61,467 bases of DNA, taken from the IMG/VR virus record IMGVR_UViG_3300026125_000002, positions 1-61,467 of that record; one strand, 5' to 3'. The DNA comes from a virus. Taxonomy: Duplodnaviria; Caudoviricetes. A model generated the notes under the pieces. It did no database searches. It had not been told where the DNA came from and saw only the letters and a program-made list of their open reading frames with translations. A program made the translations under genes and the position numbers. This document shows positions 8,655 to 17,676 of the stretch, one piece after another. Numbering within the stretch: the stretch's first letter is position 1; every line of letters begins with the position of its first letter.

Positions 8655-8829
8655 ATTTTGTATATCCCTTCATTTCTCGAAATACGTCTTTAACAAAAGA
8701 GTGTGGAGCACCAGACAAACGTTGTGCGGTCAATATAACATTGTCTGTGTTATACTTATCTCTGGCATGTTCCATGATCATAGCTTCTCTAAGCGCATCA
8801 CGGATAGTTCTTTCTAGAGTCTGATCCAT
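8644..8829 (-). CDS. Small hypothetical (early) protein
   Basis: 61-aa ORF with SD GAGGTG and a sigma70 promoter upstream. Confidence 0.65.
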   Translation of the reverse strand: MDQTLERTIRDALREAMIMEHARDKYNTDNVILTAQRLSGAPHSFVKDVFREMKGYTKYDI

Positions 8830-8860
8830 AGTCGTACACCTCTCATTTTACTTTGCAGTA

Positions 8861-8889
8861 AGTATATAGTATTATCCCAAATCTTTCAA
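8861..8889 (-). promoter_or_regulatory. sigma70-type early promoter
   Basis: TTGAAA-17-TATACT with a T-tract UP-like element upstream. Confidence 0.6.
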
Positions 8890-8941
8890 GAAAAAAGTCC
8901 AAAAAAAATTCAAAAAAGTGCGTTTCCGAGGATTTAGTTTG

Positions 8942-8949
8942 TATAAATA
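8942..8949 (+). promoter_or_regulatory. T4-type late promoter on the plus strand
   Basis: Exact TATAAATA in intergenic DNA, facing a structured non-coding stretch. Confidence 0.65.
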
Positions 8950-8954
8950 GTTAC

Positions 8955-9125
8955 GGGTGCGTGAAAGTACGTGTATCTTAATTACGTAAGAGGCAAGTGT
9001 TTGAGAGTATTCAATACTACAACCATAAGGAATAGCAGGTGTCGCATCAAGTATGCCCGTGGGGTTCGGACCTGCCACGTATCAAGCGAATAAAAGGCGG
9101 CTAGCTAAAAACTAGTCGCCTTTTT
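8955..9125 (+). ncRNA. Candidate structured non-coding RNA of about 130-170 nt, family unrecognised
   Basis: Bounded by a late promoter and a terminator; closing stem 8956-8963/9076-9083; internal stems 8968-8973/8983-8988 and 9035-9040/9070-9075; no plus-strand ORF. Confidence 0.6.
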
Positions 9126-9129
9126 CTTT
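9091..9129. terminator. Bidirectional terminator (gp41 on minus, candidate ncRNA on plus)
   Basis: AAAA-GGCGGCTAG-loop-CTAGTCGCC-TTTTTCTTT. Confidence 0.8.
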
Positions 9130-9134
9130 GGGCG

Positions 9135-10556
9135 TTATTTGAAGCCTTCAAACTTCGGCTTCTCTTTCTTTCTAAAACTCACAACACCATCAAAGCCACC
9201 TTTCTCTGAGTTCACACGTTGACCAACTGAACCCTTATCTGCAACTGGACCCGAATCATCCATCAAGTCTTGCGCTGATTCTTCTGCATCGAATAGACGC
9301 ATCTTAGAACGATCAATACCAACTACAAATCGTTTAAGAGTATTGGTGTCACCCCAACGGTTTTTCAACTGCTTAATCATCAACTGTCCTAGATTCTCTA
9401 GCTCTTCTGTTGAGATAAGACCAAACATAAAGTCGGCAGTAGCAGGTAGACCAAACGATTCAGAGGTATCTTCTAGGCCCATATCAGAGTTAGAGTAACC
9501 AGATCGTGTAGTCTGAGTAGCAGACATAATTGGTACGTTAAACTCTACAGCAAGACCACGTAGCTCTTCTGCAATTGCTTTGATCAAAGTGTAAGAGTTC
9601 ACATTTGAACCCATACGCATACGTGAAGATGTACAGATATTCAAGTAATCGATGTAAACGATATCTGGTATAAAGTTCTTCTTCAAACGTAGCTCATTTA
9701 ACAAGTGTCGGAAGTTAGCAGAACCAGCACTTGCAGTAGGGTACTCTTTAATGATCAATTTACCAGTCGTTTTAGACTTAACACGATTCAAGCGCTTCTG
9801 ATATACATCACGTGGAACTTCACGTAGATTATCAAGCGTCATATCTAGTAGGTTAGCATCAATACGTTCAGCAATACGTTCTTCAGCCATCTCCATAGTA
9901 ATGTATAGAACATTCTGACCAGCCATTAGATTAGCAGAGGCGCAGTGAGTCATAAACAATGTCTTACCAACACCAGTGCCAGCTAGTGCAACTGACAGTG
10001 ACTTGCGAGATAGACCACCTTTGGTAATCTTGTTGAGTAGTTCAAGATCGAATGGTACTTTGTCTTCTTTAGTGTGATAGAAAGTGTAACGATCATCAGC
10101 ATTATCTAAGAAGTCGTGACCAATACTGCTATCGAATGATACACCAAGCGCTTTAGACAAAAGTTCTGGAATAGAACCCTTATCTAGCGACTTGTGATTA
10201 CCATCTAGAACCAGAATAGATTCACGGACAGCATTGTATACAGCTTTGTCTTGACAGAACTTTTCAGTCTTATCTACAAGCCAATCGATATCAGTTTTTT
10301 GATCGTAATCAAGACTATCAATAGATTGCATGATAGTCTTGTATTGATCTTCATTGAGGTTGTCTTTTTCACTAATAGCGATACGTAGGGCTTCTCTGGT
10401 GGGAAGCCCATTGTATTGATCTACATAACCTACAATTTCTTTGTAGATTGTCTTGTCACTTTGACTATCAAAATATTCATCTTTTAGAAACGGGAGTACT
10501 TTACGGGTATACTCTTCGTTAAACAACAACCCTGAAAGAATTGTAGATTCAATCAT
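9135..10556 (-). CDS. gp41: Replicative DNA helicase (T4 gp41, DnaB-like)
   Basis: LAGTGVGKT Walker A; YITMEMAEE, IDYLNI, SESFGLPATAD and KQLKNR motifs. Confidence 0.97.
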   Translation of the reverse strand: MIESTILSGLLFNEEYTRKVLPFLKDEYFDSQSDKTIYKEIVGYVDQYNGLPTREALRIAISEKDNLNEDQYKTIMQSIDSLDYDQKTDIDWLVDKTEKFCQDKAVYNAVRESILVLDGNHKSLDKGSIPELLSKALGVSFDSSIGHDFLDNADDRYTFYHTKEDKVPFDLELLNKITKGGLSRKSLSVALAGTGVGKTLFMTHCASANLMAGQNVLYITMEMAEERIAERIDANLLDMTLDNLREVPRDVYQKRLNRVKSKTTGKLIIKEYPTASAGSANFRHLLNELRLKKNFIPDIVYIDYLNICTSSRMRMGSNVNSYTLIKAIAEELRGLAVEFNVPIMSATQTTRSGYSNSDMGLEDTSESFGLPATADFMFGLISTEELENLGQLMIKQLKNRWGDTNTLKRFVVGIDRSKMRLFDAEESAQDLMDDSGPVADKGSVGQRVNSEKGGFDGVVSFRKKEKPKFEGFK

Positions 10557-10563
10557 ATTAGTC

Positions 10564-11625
10564 TTAGGCCTCTTCTACTGTAACATCATCGTCTTCGGAC
10601 ATTAGGGATTTAGTAGCCATAGTATAATTGGCTTTAATGTCTTCCGCAAGCTTAGTTTTGGTAAGCATCATTTTCCAGAAGTCACCATTGTTGGCAATCT
10701 CTTTAGCTCGCATTAGCTTTTCAGATAACACTTCACCAGTCTCTGGATTAAGAGCTTCGTACCAACCAACTTTTGGTTTGTTGATATAACCAAGCTTCTC
10801 TGCTACATCCATCAGACCAGACCACTTAGAGATACCACCTTCAAATGTTACAGTGATTGGAATCTTGCTCTTCTCACGAACATGGCGAGACTTCTCAATA
10901 TTGATTACAAAGTGATAGCCTGCAATCTCAGAACCATCTTTCTCTTGTTGACGACCAATGATCCAGATAGCATCAGCAGAGTAGTAAGAACCTGTACCGC
11001 CAGATACGATATCTTTCGGGAACATACCAATCTCTTTATAAGTGTGATTGACACAAATCAATGGGATATCTTTTAGATTCAAATGCGGTGTTACAATACG
11101 GAAAAGTGATTTCAACTGCTTAGCACGTGACATATCAGCGACAGACTTTTCATTCATAGCATCTTCAACTTCTTTCTTAGAAGCCAAGTTACCAATAGAA
11201 TCGATAACGATTACTACATGATCGCCCTTATCGATTTCATTTAGCTGTTTGGTGATATCAAACTTCAACTGTTCTACATCAGTAATAGGAGTGTGGACAA
11301 CACGATCCATATCAATACCGAAAGACTCAAAGTAAGAAGTCGGTGTACCAAACTCAGAGTCGTAGAATAGTACTACAGCATCATCATACTTTTTCTGATA
11401 CGATGCAGCCATCAACAAAGCAAATGCAGATTTGAAATGCTTAGATGGACCAGCAAGCATCAGAAGACCAGGTACAAGACCACCATCAACACGACCAGAT
11501 AGCGCAACGTTCACCATGGGTACTGGTGTAGTTGCCATATCTTTCTTACCAAAGACTTTTGAGTCCATGATAGGTGCGGTCGCTTTGATAGATGAATTCT
11601 TGACCAATTTTTCAATTAGGGACAT
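10564..11625 (-). CDS. uvsX: RecA-like recombinase UvsX
   Basis: AGPSKHFKS, FYDSEFG and DSIGNLASKKE motifs; start MSLIEKL with SD AGGAG. Confidence 0.96.
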   Translation of the reverse strand: MSLIEKLVKNSSIKATAPIMDSKVFGKKDMATTPVPMVNVALSGRVDGGLVPGLLMLAGPSKHFKSAFALLMAASYQKKYDDAVVLFYDSEFGTPTSYFESFGIDMDRVVHTPITDVEQLKFDITKQLNEIDKGDHVVIVIDSIGNLASKKEVEDAMNEKSVADMSRAKQLKSLFRIVTPHLNLKDIPLICVNHTYKEIGMFPKDIVSGGTGSYYSADAIWIIGRQQEKDGSEIAGYHFVINIEKSRHVREKSKIPITVTFEGGISKWSGLMDVAEKLGYINKPKVGWYEALNPETGEVLSEKLMRAKEIANNGDFWKMMLTKTKLAEDIKANYTMATKSLMSEDDDVTVEEA

Positions 11626-11626
11626 A

Positions 11627-11794
11627 CTATACTCCTGTTTTCTTAATTGCAGTAAACGAATCTTTTGAGTAGCCAGTATATGCACTGGCACCACCATAAA
11701 CCATGTATGCTTGTTTACATGCGCTTTGTGCGCTACTAGCTACCACGTCAACGATATGTTTACCATTCGCATATACTTCATACGTACTAAGCAT
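11627..11794 (-). CDS. Small hypothetical protein
   Basis: 55-aa ORF MLSTYEVYANGKHIVDV... fills the gap; start uncertain because it overlaps a promoter -10. Confidence 0.5.
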   Translation of the reverse strand: MLSTYEVYANGKHIVDVVASSAQSACKQAYMVYGGASAYTGYSKDSFTAIKKTGV

Positions 11795-11821
11795 ATTATC
11801 ACGACCCCTTGTATATGTCAA
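11793..11821 (-). promoter_or_regulatory. sigma70-type promoter upstream of uvsX/gp41
   Basis: TTGACA-17-TAATAT. Confidence 0.5.
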
Positions 11822-12062
11822 GGAGTTTAGTTTCAAATTGTTCAATCTTCTCTGTGCGATTAGGCCAGAGAATGTATTCTTTCTCGGGATTCTTTTTAAG
11901 ATTAGTGAGTAGAGGCATAATTGCATTATACAATGCATCTAGTCTCTCTTGGGTTGAAGTTGCTGTAGTGCTTGCTTCTTGCACTACAGTCTGTGCTTGT
12001 TGTACCGCTTCTAGTTCGTTTTCGTCAACTGCGGTAAAACCAAAGTCAAATATATCGTCCAT
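11799..12062 (-). CDS. Conserved hypothetical phage protein
   Basis: MDDIFDFGFTAVDE...PLLTNLKKNPEKEYILWPNR; SD GAGGA. Confidence 0.7.
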   Translation of the reverse strand: MDDIFDFGFTAVDENELEAVQQAQTVVQEASTTATSTQERLDALYNAIMPLLTNLKKNPEKEYILWPNRTEKIEQFETKLLDIYKGS

Positions 12063-12063
12063 G

Positions 12064-13185
12064 TTAGTCCTCTCGTTTGCCTGTGCCCCAATCAATAACA
12101 ACTGGGAATCGTGGAATGCCATCTGGCGTTAACGCAAAGTAACGTAGTGTTGCCCACTCAGGTTGTACACCACTTTCAAATAGCTCTTTCATCTGTTCAT
12201 ATGTACCACGTACACCAGCATCGAAACCAACACCATGTGCATCGTATAGATGAAAACGCTTAATTGCACCAGACCAGTTACCTTGGCCTTCTGAAACTCC
12301 ACAAACTCCATACTCTTCGGTGATAAACTCTTTGCGTTTGAGGAGATATTTAGATCGCTTATTTTCGTATGATTGATCATCACGAATCATCTGACCTTCA
12401 TAACCAGCCTCTAGATACTGACCATATAAGCGATCAATAGATTCAGTGTCAGTTACAAATGCAGTTTCAACTAAAACAATAGGATCTGATAGTCCTAGAG
12501 ACTCTAGCTCAGTGATACGCTCAAAGAAAGACTTGTCACTGTACATATCATAAACGTGATACTGCACTAGCTCACGTGAAGTTTCAATGTCTGCGGGCTT
12601 AAGCTTAGTCTTGCGTACTGTAGAAGTGATCTTGTTAAAATCATCTTTTAGATCGTGGTTGTATAGCTCCCCATCTAGTATTAGATCAGGGTTTGCTTCA
12701 AAAAGTTCCGCAAGTGCTTCAACAATATGTGGACAAGATACGATCTCTTTGCCAGAGCGAGTCCAGAGTCCGTCAGCACGTGCAATGCAGCGAATACCAT
12801 CTAACTTAGGTTGTGAGTAGATAGCGCCCATCTTGTCTAATGCTTTAACGTTATACTCTTTAGCTAGCATTGGCTTGAACTTAGTGAACTTATCAACATC
12901 TTCTTTGTTGTCAAAGTAACCAGTCTCACGCTTGATAGTGTAGAGCGATTCGATTTCAGAAAAAGCTTGTTCAAGTGCTGTAGTAGCATTTGATCGACCT
13001 ACGTTCTTAGGTTCAGTTACTTTCCACTCAGATGTGACAAGCTTGCCACCATCGATACCAGCAACGGTTCGATGGGCAGCCTCATTGTCAGAGTTGAAAC
13101 CGATCTCCATATTCCAGCGGCGAATCTCACCTTTACTATCACGTTTGTATAGAGGTGAAAACAGTTCAATCTCGTTATAGCTCAT
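12064..13185 (-). CDS. ATP-dependent DNA ligase
   Basis: QPKLDGIR (motif I), LDGELY, EGQMIR, LLKRK and PRFP motifs. Confidence 0.95.
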   Translation of the reverse strand: MSYNEIELFSPLYKRDSKGEIRRWNMEIGFNSDNEAAHRTVAGIDGGKLVTSEWKVTEPKNVGRSNATTALEQAFSEIESLYTIKRETGYFDNKEDVDKFTKFKPMLAKEYNVKALDKMGAIYSQPKLDGIRCIARADGLWTRSGKEIVSCPHIVEALAELFEANPDLILDGELYNHDLKDDFNKITSTVRKTKLKPADIETSRELVQYHVYDMYSDKSFFERITELESLGLSDPIVLVETAFVTDTESIDRLYGQYLEAGYEGQMIRDDQSYENKRSKYLLKRKEFITEEYGVCGVSEGQGNWSGAIKRFHLYDAHGVGFDAGVRGTYEQMKELFESGVQPEWATLRYFALTPDGIPRFPVVIDWGTGKRED

Positions 13186-15668
13186 GCAAAAAAGTCCTCA
13201 AGTGTGCTTACTTTCTCTAGATTCCAGTTGATAGCATCTGACACTAGCTTCAACGGTTCTTTGAAAGTCTTATCAAATTGCATTTCGTAATCAATGTATT
13301 GTTCTAGACCAAACTCTTTTGGCAGAAACTGTGGAAATGATATCACATTTTCCATCAAAGTGTTAGGCTTTTTCAGGTAGCAGAACTTAACTTTTGAACC
13401 GTTCTTGATACCTTCCATAGTCTTGTCTAGACCAACTTCTTTCATCTTCTTATTGAAGACTAGTGCGCCACGTACATGAATTGGACAACCCTTCTTGTAC
13501 ACTGTTGTACGATCTGCCCATTTCTCAAGGTCAGATACGCCACGTGGAAACGATACAGACTCAGCAGGCAGAGACTTAAATTCTTCATAGAAGTCTGCAA
13601 CGAACTTCTGTAGCTCTTCTTCTGTACCATTCAGAATGATCTTGTAAGCTTGCTTGAACTTATCACGTACTACTTGTGGTGTAGAAGACTTGACCGCTTC
13701 GATGCCCATGATCTTTAGTTTAGGTTCTGCGTACTGTACACCTTCGTTGTTGTACACGTTTAGAATGTATCGCTTCTTAGCAGTCCAAACTCCACGGTCA
13801 GCAATAGCTTCACGTGCCATGACCATACGATTAGAGTAAGCATTCATGTGATTAAACAATTCATCGTATGCCTTCTCAAGAACAGGTTCAAACTTCTTCT
13901 GACAAGCTTCATCGATAAACTTGACTGGATCAGATGGGTTGACCATCTTCACTAGTGGTGCCATATCAACATACAGTGAGTCAGTATCAATAGCGATTAC
14001 ATAATCATCATTAGACTTGAGTAGCTTGTTCAAGTAAGCATTGATAGCTTTCTCTGCCCACTTGATTGACAACTGACCAGACAGAGTAATACCTTCTGCC
14101 ATGTCTAGCTCAAAGTAACGGAAGTACTGATTACCTAACGCACCATAAAGAGAGTTGAGCAAGATTTTTACAGCCTGTTGTGTGTTGTTCAATCTATTGA
14201 TTTCACGCTTCAAGTCTTGACTTGGTGCTTTCTCATTCTCTTGTTGAGTCTTAAGCATCTGATCTTTAGTTGTTCTACGTTCATCATACAGACCGATGAT
14301 AATCTCTGGCAATACACCAAGCTTGTCTTTACGATAGCAAGAACCATTAGCGGCTACAGCAAATTCTTCACTAGTCGCTGGGTGGTCTAGATAATGATCA
14401 ACACCGTGCGCTAGACGCATACCCTTAACTAGAGTCTCGGGTGACATATTGTACTGCACAATCAAGTTAGGGTACAGACTGTTCAAGTCGAATGAAGTTA
14501 CCCACTCAGACATACCAACACGTGGCTCTTTCACGAACCCACCTGGATACGGATCTTTACGCTTAGCTTTGTTTGGTGGAATAGCAATCTTACGCTCGTT
14601 CAAGTAGCGATAGATGATAGAGTCCCATATACCAGTAGTACCAAATACGTCTGGATAGTTCACCCCACCTTTGTAGGCAATTACTAGTGCTAAGTCCATC
14701 AGACCAGTTTCTTGATCGATTCGGTCTACTAGATCAACGTCACGAATGTTATAGTCAATGAACTTCTGGTAATCATTCTTGTATAGTGTGTGAAGTGAAC
14801 CATGCTCTTCGTATGATAGTTTACGCTCACCGAGTACAGTGTGTGCAATGTGATCTAGTGAATATGACTCTTGGGTACCGTATGTGTAACCAAACTTCTG
14901 AAACAAGTCAAAGTAGTCCATCTGTGCAATACCGAAGATTTCATATGCATCCATACTCTTGCCTTTGATGCCGATCTGACGGTACTTGTATTGCTTCCAA
15001 GGCGAGAAGAGTTTAGTAGTCTCTTCACCGCAGACTTTCAGAGTACGGTTGATCATGTATGGAATATCAAATAGTCGAATGTTCCAACCTGTTATAATGT
15101 CAGGCGTATTGCTCTGCCAGAAGATGAGGAATTTCTCAATCAAATCTTTCTCATCATTACACTTGCGGTACTGAATCAACGCATCGGTGTCTAGCTCAGT
15201 CTTAGCAGAATCATAGTTACCCATACCCCAAACGTGAAACACGTTAGACTGGTTATCACGATATGCAATAGAGATGATAGGGTGATTCGCTTGCTCTGGA
15301 TGAGGGAAGCCGTCATCAGATGCAACCTCGATATCGATGTTACCAATGCGAATGTACTTTAGATTGTATTTGATTGTGCTAGGATATGCTTCTGCTAGAA
15401 ACTGTGCAACAAAGTTAGCATTACCATACGTCTTGAAGTTATCAACGTCTTCATAGCGTTTAGCGAAGTCTTGTGCTTCTGACATAGACTCAAATTGCAT
15501 AGGCTCGACTGGGATACCGTCAAATGAAGTCCACTCGCTTTTCTTATTAGATGGGAGAAACATCGTAGGTTTGAATGGAACTTTTTTATGAATGCGATGG
15601 CCATGTGAATCGTAGCCACGAAACAGAATCTTGTTACCTAGGCGATGTACAGATGTGTAGAAACTCAA
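13182..15668 (-). CDS. gp43: Family B DNA polymerase (T4 gp43), TTG start
   Basis: DIEV exonuclease I motif; SFDLNSLYP, KILLNSLYG, DTDS and KKRY polymerase motifs. Confidence 0.98.
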   Translation of the reverse strand: MSFYTSVHRLGNKILFRGYDSHGHRIHKKVPFKPTMFLPSNKKSEWTSFDGIPVEPMQFESMSEAQDFAKRYEDVDNFKTYGNANFVAQFLAEAYPSTIKYNLKYIRIGNIDIEVASDDGFPHPEQANHPIISIAYRDNQSNVFHVWGMGNYDSAKTELDTDALIQYRKCNDEKDLIEKFLIFWQSNTPDIITGWNIRLFDIPYMINRTLKVCGEETTKLFSPWKQYKYRQIGIKGKSMDAYEIFGIAQMDYFDLFQKFGYTYGTQESYSLDHIAHTVLGERKLSYEEHGSLHTLYKNDYQKFIDYNIRDVDLVDRIDQETGLMDLALVIAYKGGVNYPDVFGTTGIWDSIIYRYLNERKIAIPPNKAKRKDPYPGGFVKEPRVGMSEWVTSFDLNSLYPNLIVQYNMSPETLVKGMRLAHGVDHYLDHPATSEEFAVAANGSCYRKDKLGVLPEIIIGLYDERRTTKDQMLKTQQENEKAPSQDLKREINRLNNTQQAVKILLNSLYGALGNQYFRYFELDMAEGITLSGQLSIKWAEKAINAYLNKLLKSNDDYVIAIDTDSLYVDMAPLVKMVNPSDPVKFIDEACQKKFEPVLEKAYDELFNHMNAYSNRMVMAREAIADRGVWTAKKRYILNVYNNEGVQYAEPKLKIMGIEAVKSSTPQVVRDKFKQAYKIILNGTEEELQKFVADFYEEFKSLPAESVSFPRGVSDLEKWADRTTVYKKGCPIHVRGALVFNKKMKEVGLDKTMEGIKNGSKVKFCYLKKPNTLMENVISFPQFLPKEFGLEQYIDYEMQFDKTFKEPLKLVSDAINWNLEKVSTLEDFFA

Positions 15669-15702
15669 TTGTCACCTCTTGATTGTCATAAATTACTGGT
15701 GA

Positions 15703-15732
15703 ATTGTACATTATATAGAATGCTTTTGTCAA
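15703..15732 (-). promoter_or_regulatory. sigma70-type promoter for gp43
   Basis: TTGACA-18-TACAAT. Confidence 0.6.
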
Positions 15733-15735
15733 GCG

Positions 15736-15760
15736 AAAAAGGGGTGCTTTCGCACCCCCA
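15736..15760 (-). terminator. Rho-independent terminator
   Basis: GGGGTGC-GAAA-GCACCCC followed by TTTTT. Confidence 0.85.
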
Positions 15761-15763
15761 AAG

Positions 15764-16045
15764 TTAGATAATGATTGAAGAATCTCTAGTAATGATCTTA
15801 CCAAAGACTTTTTGCCACTGCTCTCGCAGGTCCTCGTGCGGTTCAATTACATACATCACAAACTTTGCATCAACACTTAACTTATCAGTTTTAGCGTATG
15901 GGAGGTAAGGGGCTAACCCAATAGAGTTTTGTTGTGTTGGTACAATAAGCGCTAGGTCTTCTAGCGTATATAGATCACCTTCTACACTAACCTTACATAG
16001 CAACTCTTCACCAGTAGATAGGCGAACAATTTTTGGATCACTCAT
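15764..16045 (-). CDS. Small Sm/LSm-like fold phage protein
   Basis: KIVRLSTGEELLC...LAPYLPY...SSIII pattern typical of small T4-like phage Sm-like proteins. Confidence 0.6.
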   Translation of the reverse strand: MSDPKIVRLSTGEELLCKVSVEGDLYTLEDLALIVPTQQNSIGLAPYLPYAKTDKLSVDAKFVMYVIEPHEDLREQWQKVFGKIITRDSSIII

Positions 16046-16046
16046 A

Positions 16047-16565
16047 TTATATTCCTTGTAGTTTATCTAATACATATTCAGGTGCTGATACCTCGTAAGG
16101 ATCAGTTGGGCAGTTGTGCATACGACCATCTTCTGCCCATAGTTTCTTCACTTCAAGATTATCAACAAGCATAGCATAGCGCCAAGAACGTGCACCAAAT
16201 CCTAAGTTACCTTTTTCAACAAGCATACCTAGTCCGTGTGCAAACTCACCGTTACCGTCAGGCAGCATCTTTACATTCTTGATGTTTTGTGACTTTGCCC
16301 ACTGATACATTACAAAAGCATCGTTGACAGATGTACACCAGATTTCATCGATACCTTGTGCAACGAAATCGTCATACAGTTCTTCATAACCCGGAAGTTG
16401 TGAGTTAGAACAAGTTGGTGTGAAAGCGCCAGGCAGACCAAAGATAATGACTTTCTTTTCTGAGAAGATATCTTTAGTTGTCTTGTACACCCACTTGAAT
16501 GGGTTATCACCTTCAATTGATTCGTCACGTTCACGCATGTAAAACATAAAGTCAGGTAGTAGCAT
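16047..16565 (-). CDS. Peroxiredoxin (Prx5/redoxin family)
   Basis: LPGAFTPTCS, SVNDAFVM, PDGNGEF and RSWRYAM motifs. Confidence 0.95.
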   Translation of the reverse strand: MLLPDFMFYMRERDESIEGDNPFKWVYKTTKDIFSEKKVIIFGLPGAFTPTCSNSQLPGYEELYDDFVAQGIDEIWCTSVNDAFVMYQWAKSQNIKNVKMLPDGNGEFAHGLGMLVEKGNLGFGARSWRYAMLVDNLEVKKLWAEDGRMHNCPTDPYEVSAPEYVLDKLQGI

Positions 16566-16593
16566 AAAGTAAATTTCACCTCATATTATAATT

Positions 16594-16623
16594 AAAGTAG
16601 GGCTAAGCATTACACCTAGCCCA
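16594..16623 (-). terminator. Hairpin or weak terminator after hsp20
   Basis: GGGCTAGG-TGTAATG-CTTAGCCC followed by TACTTT. Confidence 0.45.
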
Positions 16624-16646
16624 TTTGCTTGATCGTTGCTTGATTG

Positions 16647-17087
16647 TTACTCAGAAAGAAATTCTGGTTTTGACGTAGAACCACCAATTTGGATAGTACG
16701 TGGCTTTTTCTTTTCTGGGATTACATTTTCAAGTGTAACAGAAAGAATGCCGTTTGTCAAGTCAGCACCAATAACTTCAACGGTGTCAGCAAGCGTAAAC
16801 GTGCGTTTGAAGTCACGTGTACCAATGCCTTTGTGAATGTATGAATCGGGCGATTCATCACGCTTAGATGAACCCTCAACCACTAGTACACCATCTTCTA
16901 CTGAAATAGACAGTTCTTCACGCTCAAAGCCAGCAACTGCTACTTCTACACGATATAGATTTTCATCTGCTTTAATGATGTTGTACGGAGGATAGTTTTG
17001 TTGGTTTTTGTTAATAGAATGCATCTTATCTAGAATGCGATCAAAGCCAACAAAGAAAGGGTCTTGAGGAAGTTGTGTAAATGTCAT
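16647..17087 (-). CDS. hsp20: Small heat-shock protein (Hsp20/IbpA family)
   Basis: FVGFDR, NYPPYNI, EVAVAGF, YIHKGI..R.F.R.F.LA and NGIL motifs. Confidence 0.96.
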   Translation of the reverse strand: MTFTQLPQDPFFVGFDRILDKMHSINKNQQNYPPYNIIKADENLYRVEVAVAGFEREELSISVEDGVLVVEGSSKRDESPDSYIHKGIGTRDFKRTFTLADTVEVIGADLTNGILSVTLENVIPEKKKPRTIQIGGSTSKPEFLSE

Positions 17088-17146
17088 AATTGTATCTCCT
17101 TTAAATTAAGCAAGATTTGCGTGAACCCATCTGGCGTTCACGCTTT
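17088..17146 (-). promoter_or_regulatory. ROSE-like RNA thermometer in the hsp20 5' UTR
   Basis: 5' hairpin GCGTGAAC/GTTCACGC, then AUCUUGCUU pairing with AAGGAGAU (the SD) with a bulged G. Confidence 0.7.
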
Positions 17147-17154
17147 TATTTATA
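17147..17154 (-). promoter_or_regulatory. T4-type late promoter TATAAATA for hsp20
   Basis: Exact consensus immediately 5' of the structured UTR. Confidence 0.7.
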
Positions 17155-17158
17155 TGAC

Positions 17159-17668
17159 TTATAGAATACCAGTGCTACCAAAGCCGCCAGTTCTATTAGT
17201 CTTTTCGACAGGCTCAACGTCTGTCACTTCGATAGAGACTCTTACGTTCTCTACCAGTTCGCCTTGTGCTACTCGCATACCATCTTCGATATCGAATGGC
17301 ACAAACGAATTACTAAACAGCATAACATAAGTTTGCTGTACATAGTCAGCGTCTACTACGCCTTCGCAGTTCGCTACAGTAATACCGCTTTTCAACGATA
17401 GACCAGAGCGAGGATGAATGCGTAGAGACTGAGTTTCATCTAGATCAAAGATTAGTCCCGTAGGCACTAATACCCTGTCACGATGATAGATTGTAACTTT
17501 ACCGCCTACTACTTTGCGTTTAGATTTGACGTTACTCTGATTGTAAACAGTGATTTCATCACCTTCACGTAAGCTAGCTTTTAAGTCAAAGCAGGCAGCC
17601 CAATCACTACCATACTCTGGTAAATGCGCTTCTTCAAATAGTTTATAACATGACAAAGTTTTCTTCAT
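17159..17668 (-). CDS. dut: Trimeric dUTPase
   Basis: ACFDL, LVPTG, PRSGL, GVVDADY, RVAQ and RTGGFGSTG motifs. Confidence 0.96.
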   Translation of the reverse strand: MKKTLSCYKLFEEAHLPEYGSDWAACFDLKASLREGDEITVYNQSNVKSKRKVVGGKVTIYHRDRVLVPTGLIFDLDETQSLRIHPRSGLSLKSGITVANCEGVVDADYVQQTYVMLFSNSFVPFDIEDGMRVAQGELVENVRVSIEVTDVEPVEKTNRTGGFGSTGIL

Positions 17669-17676
17669 TTCAATCC

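Noticed and set aside
8872-9078. 68-aa minus-strand ORF
   Set aside because: No RBS, crosses a T-tract and a promoter, and starts just past the gp41 terminator; better explained as the antisense of the ncRNA candidate.
9055-9085. tRNA or tmRNA suggested by GGTTCG
   Set aside because: No cloverleaf with D-arm and anticodon arm, no CCA end and no tag reading frame.
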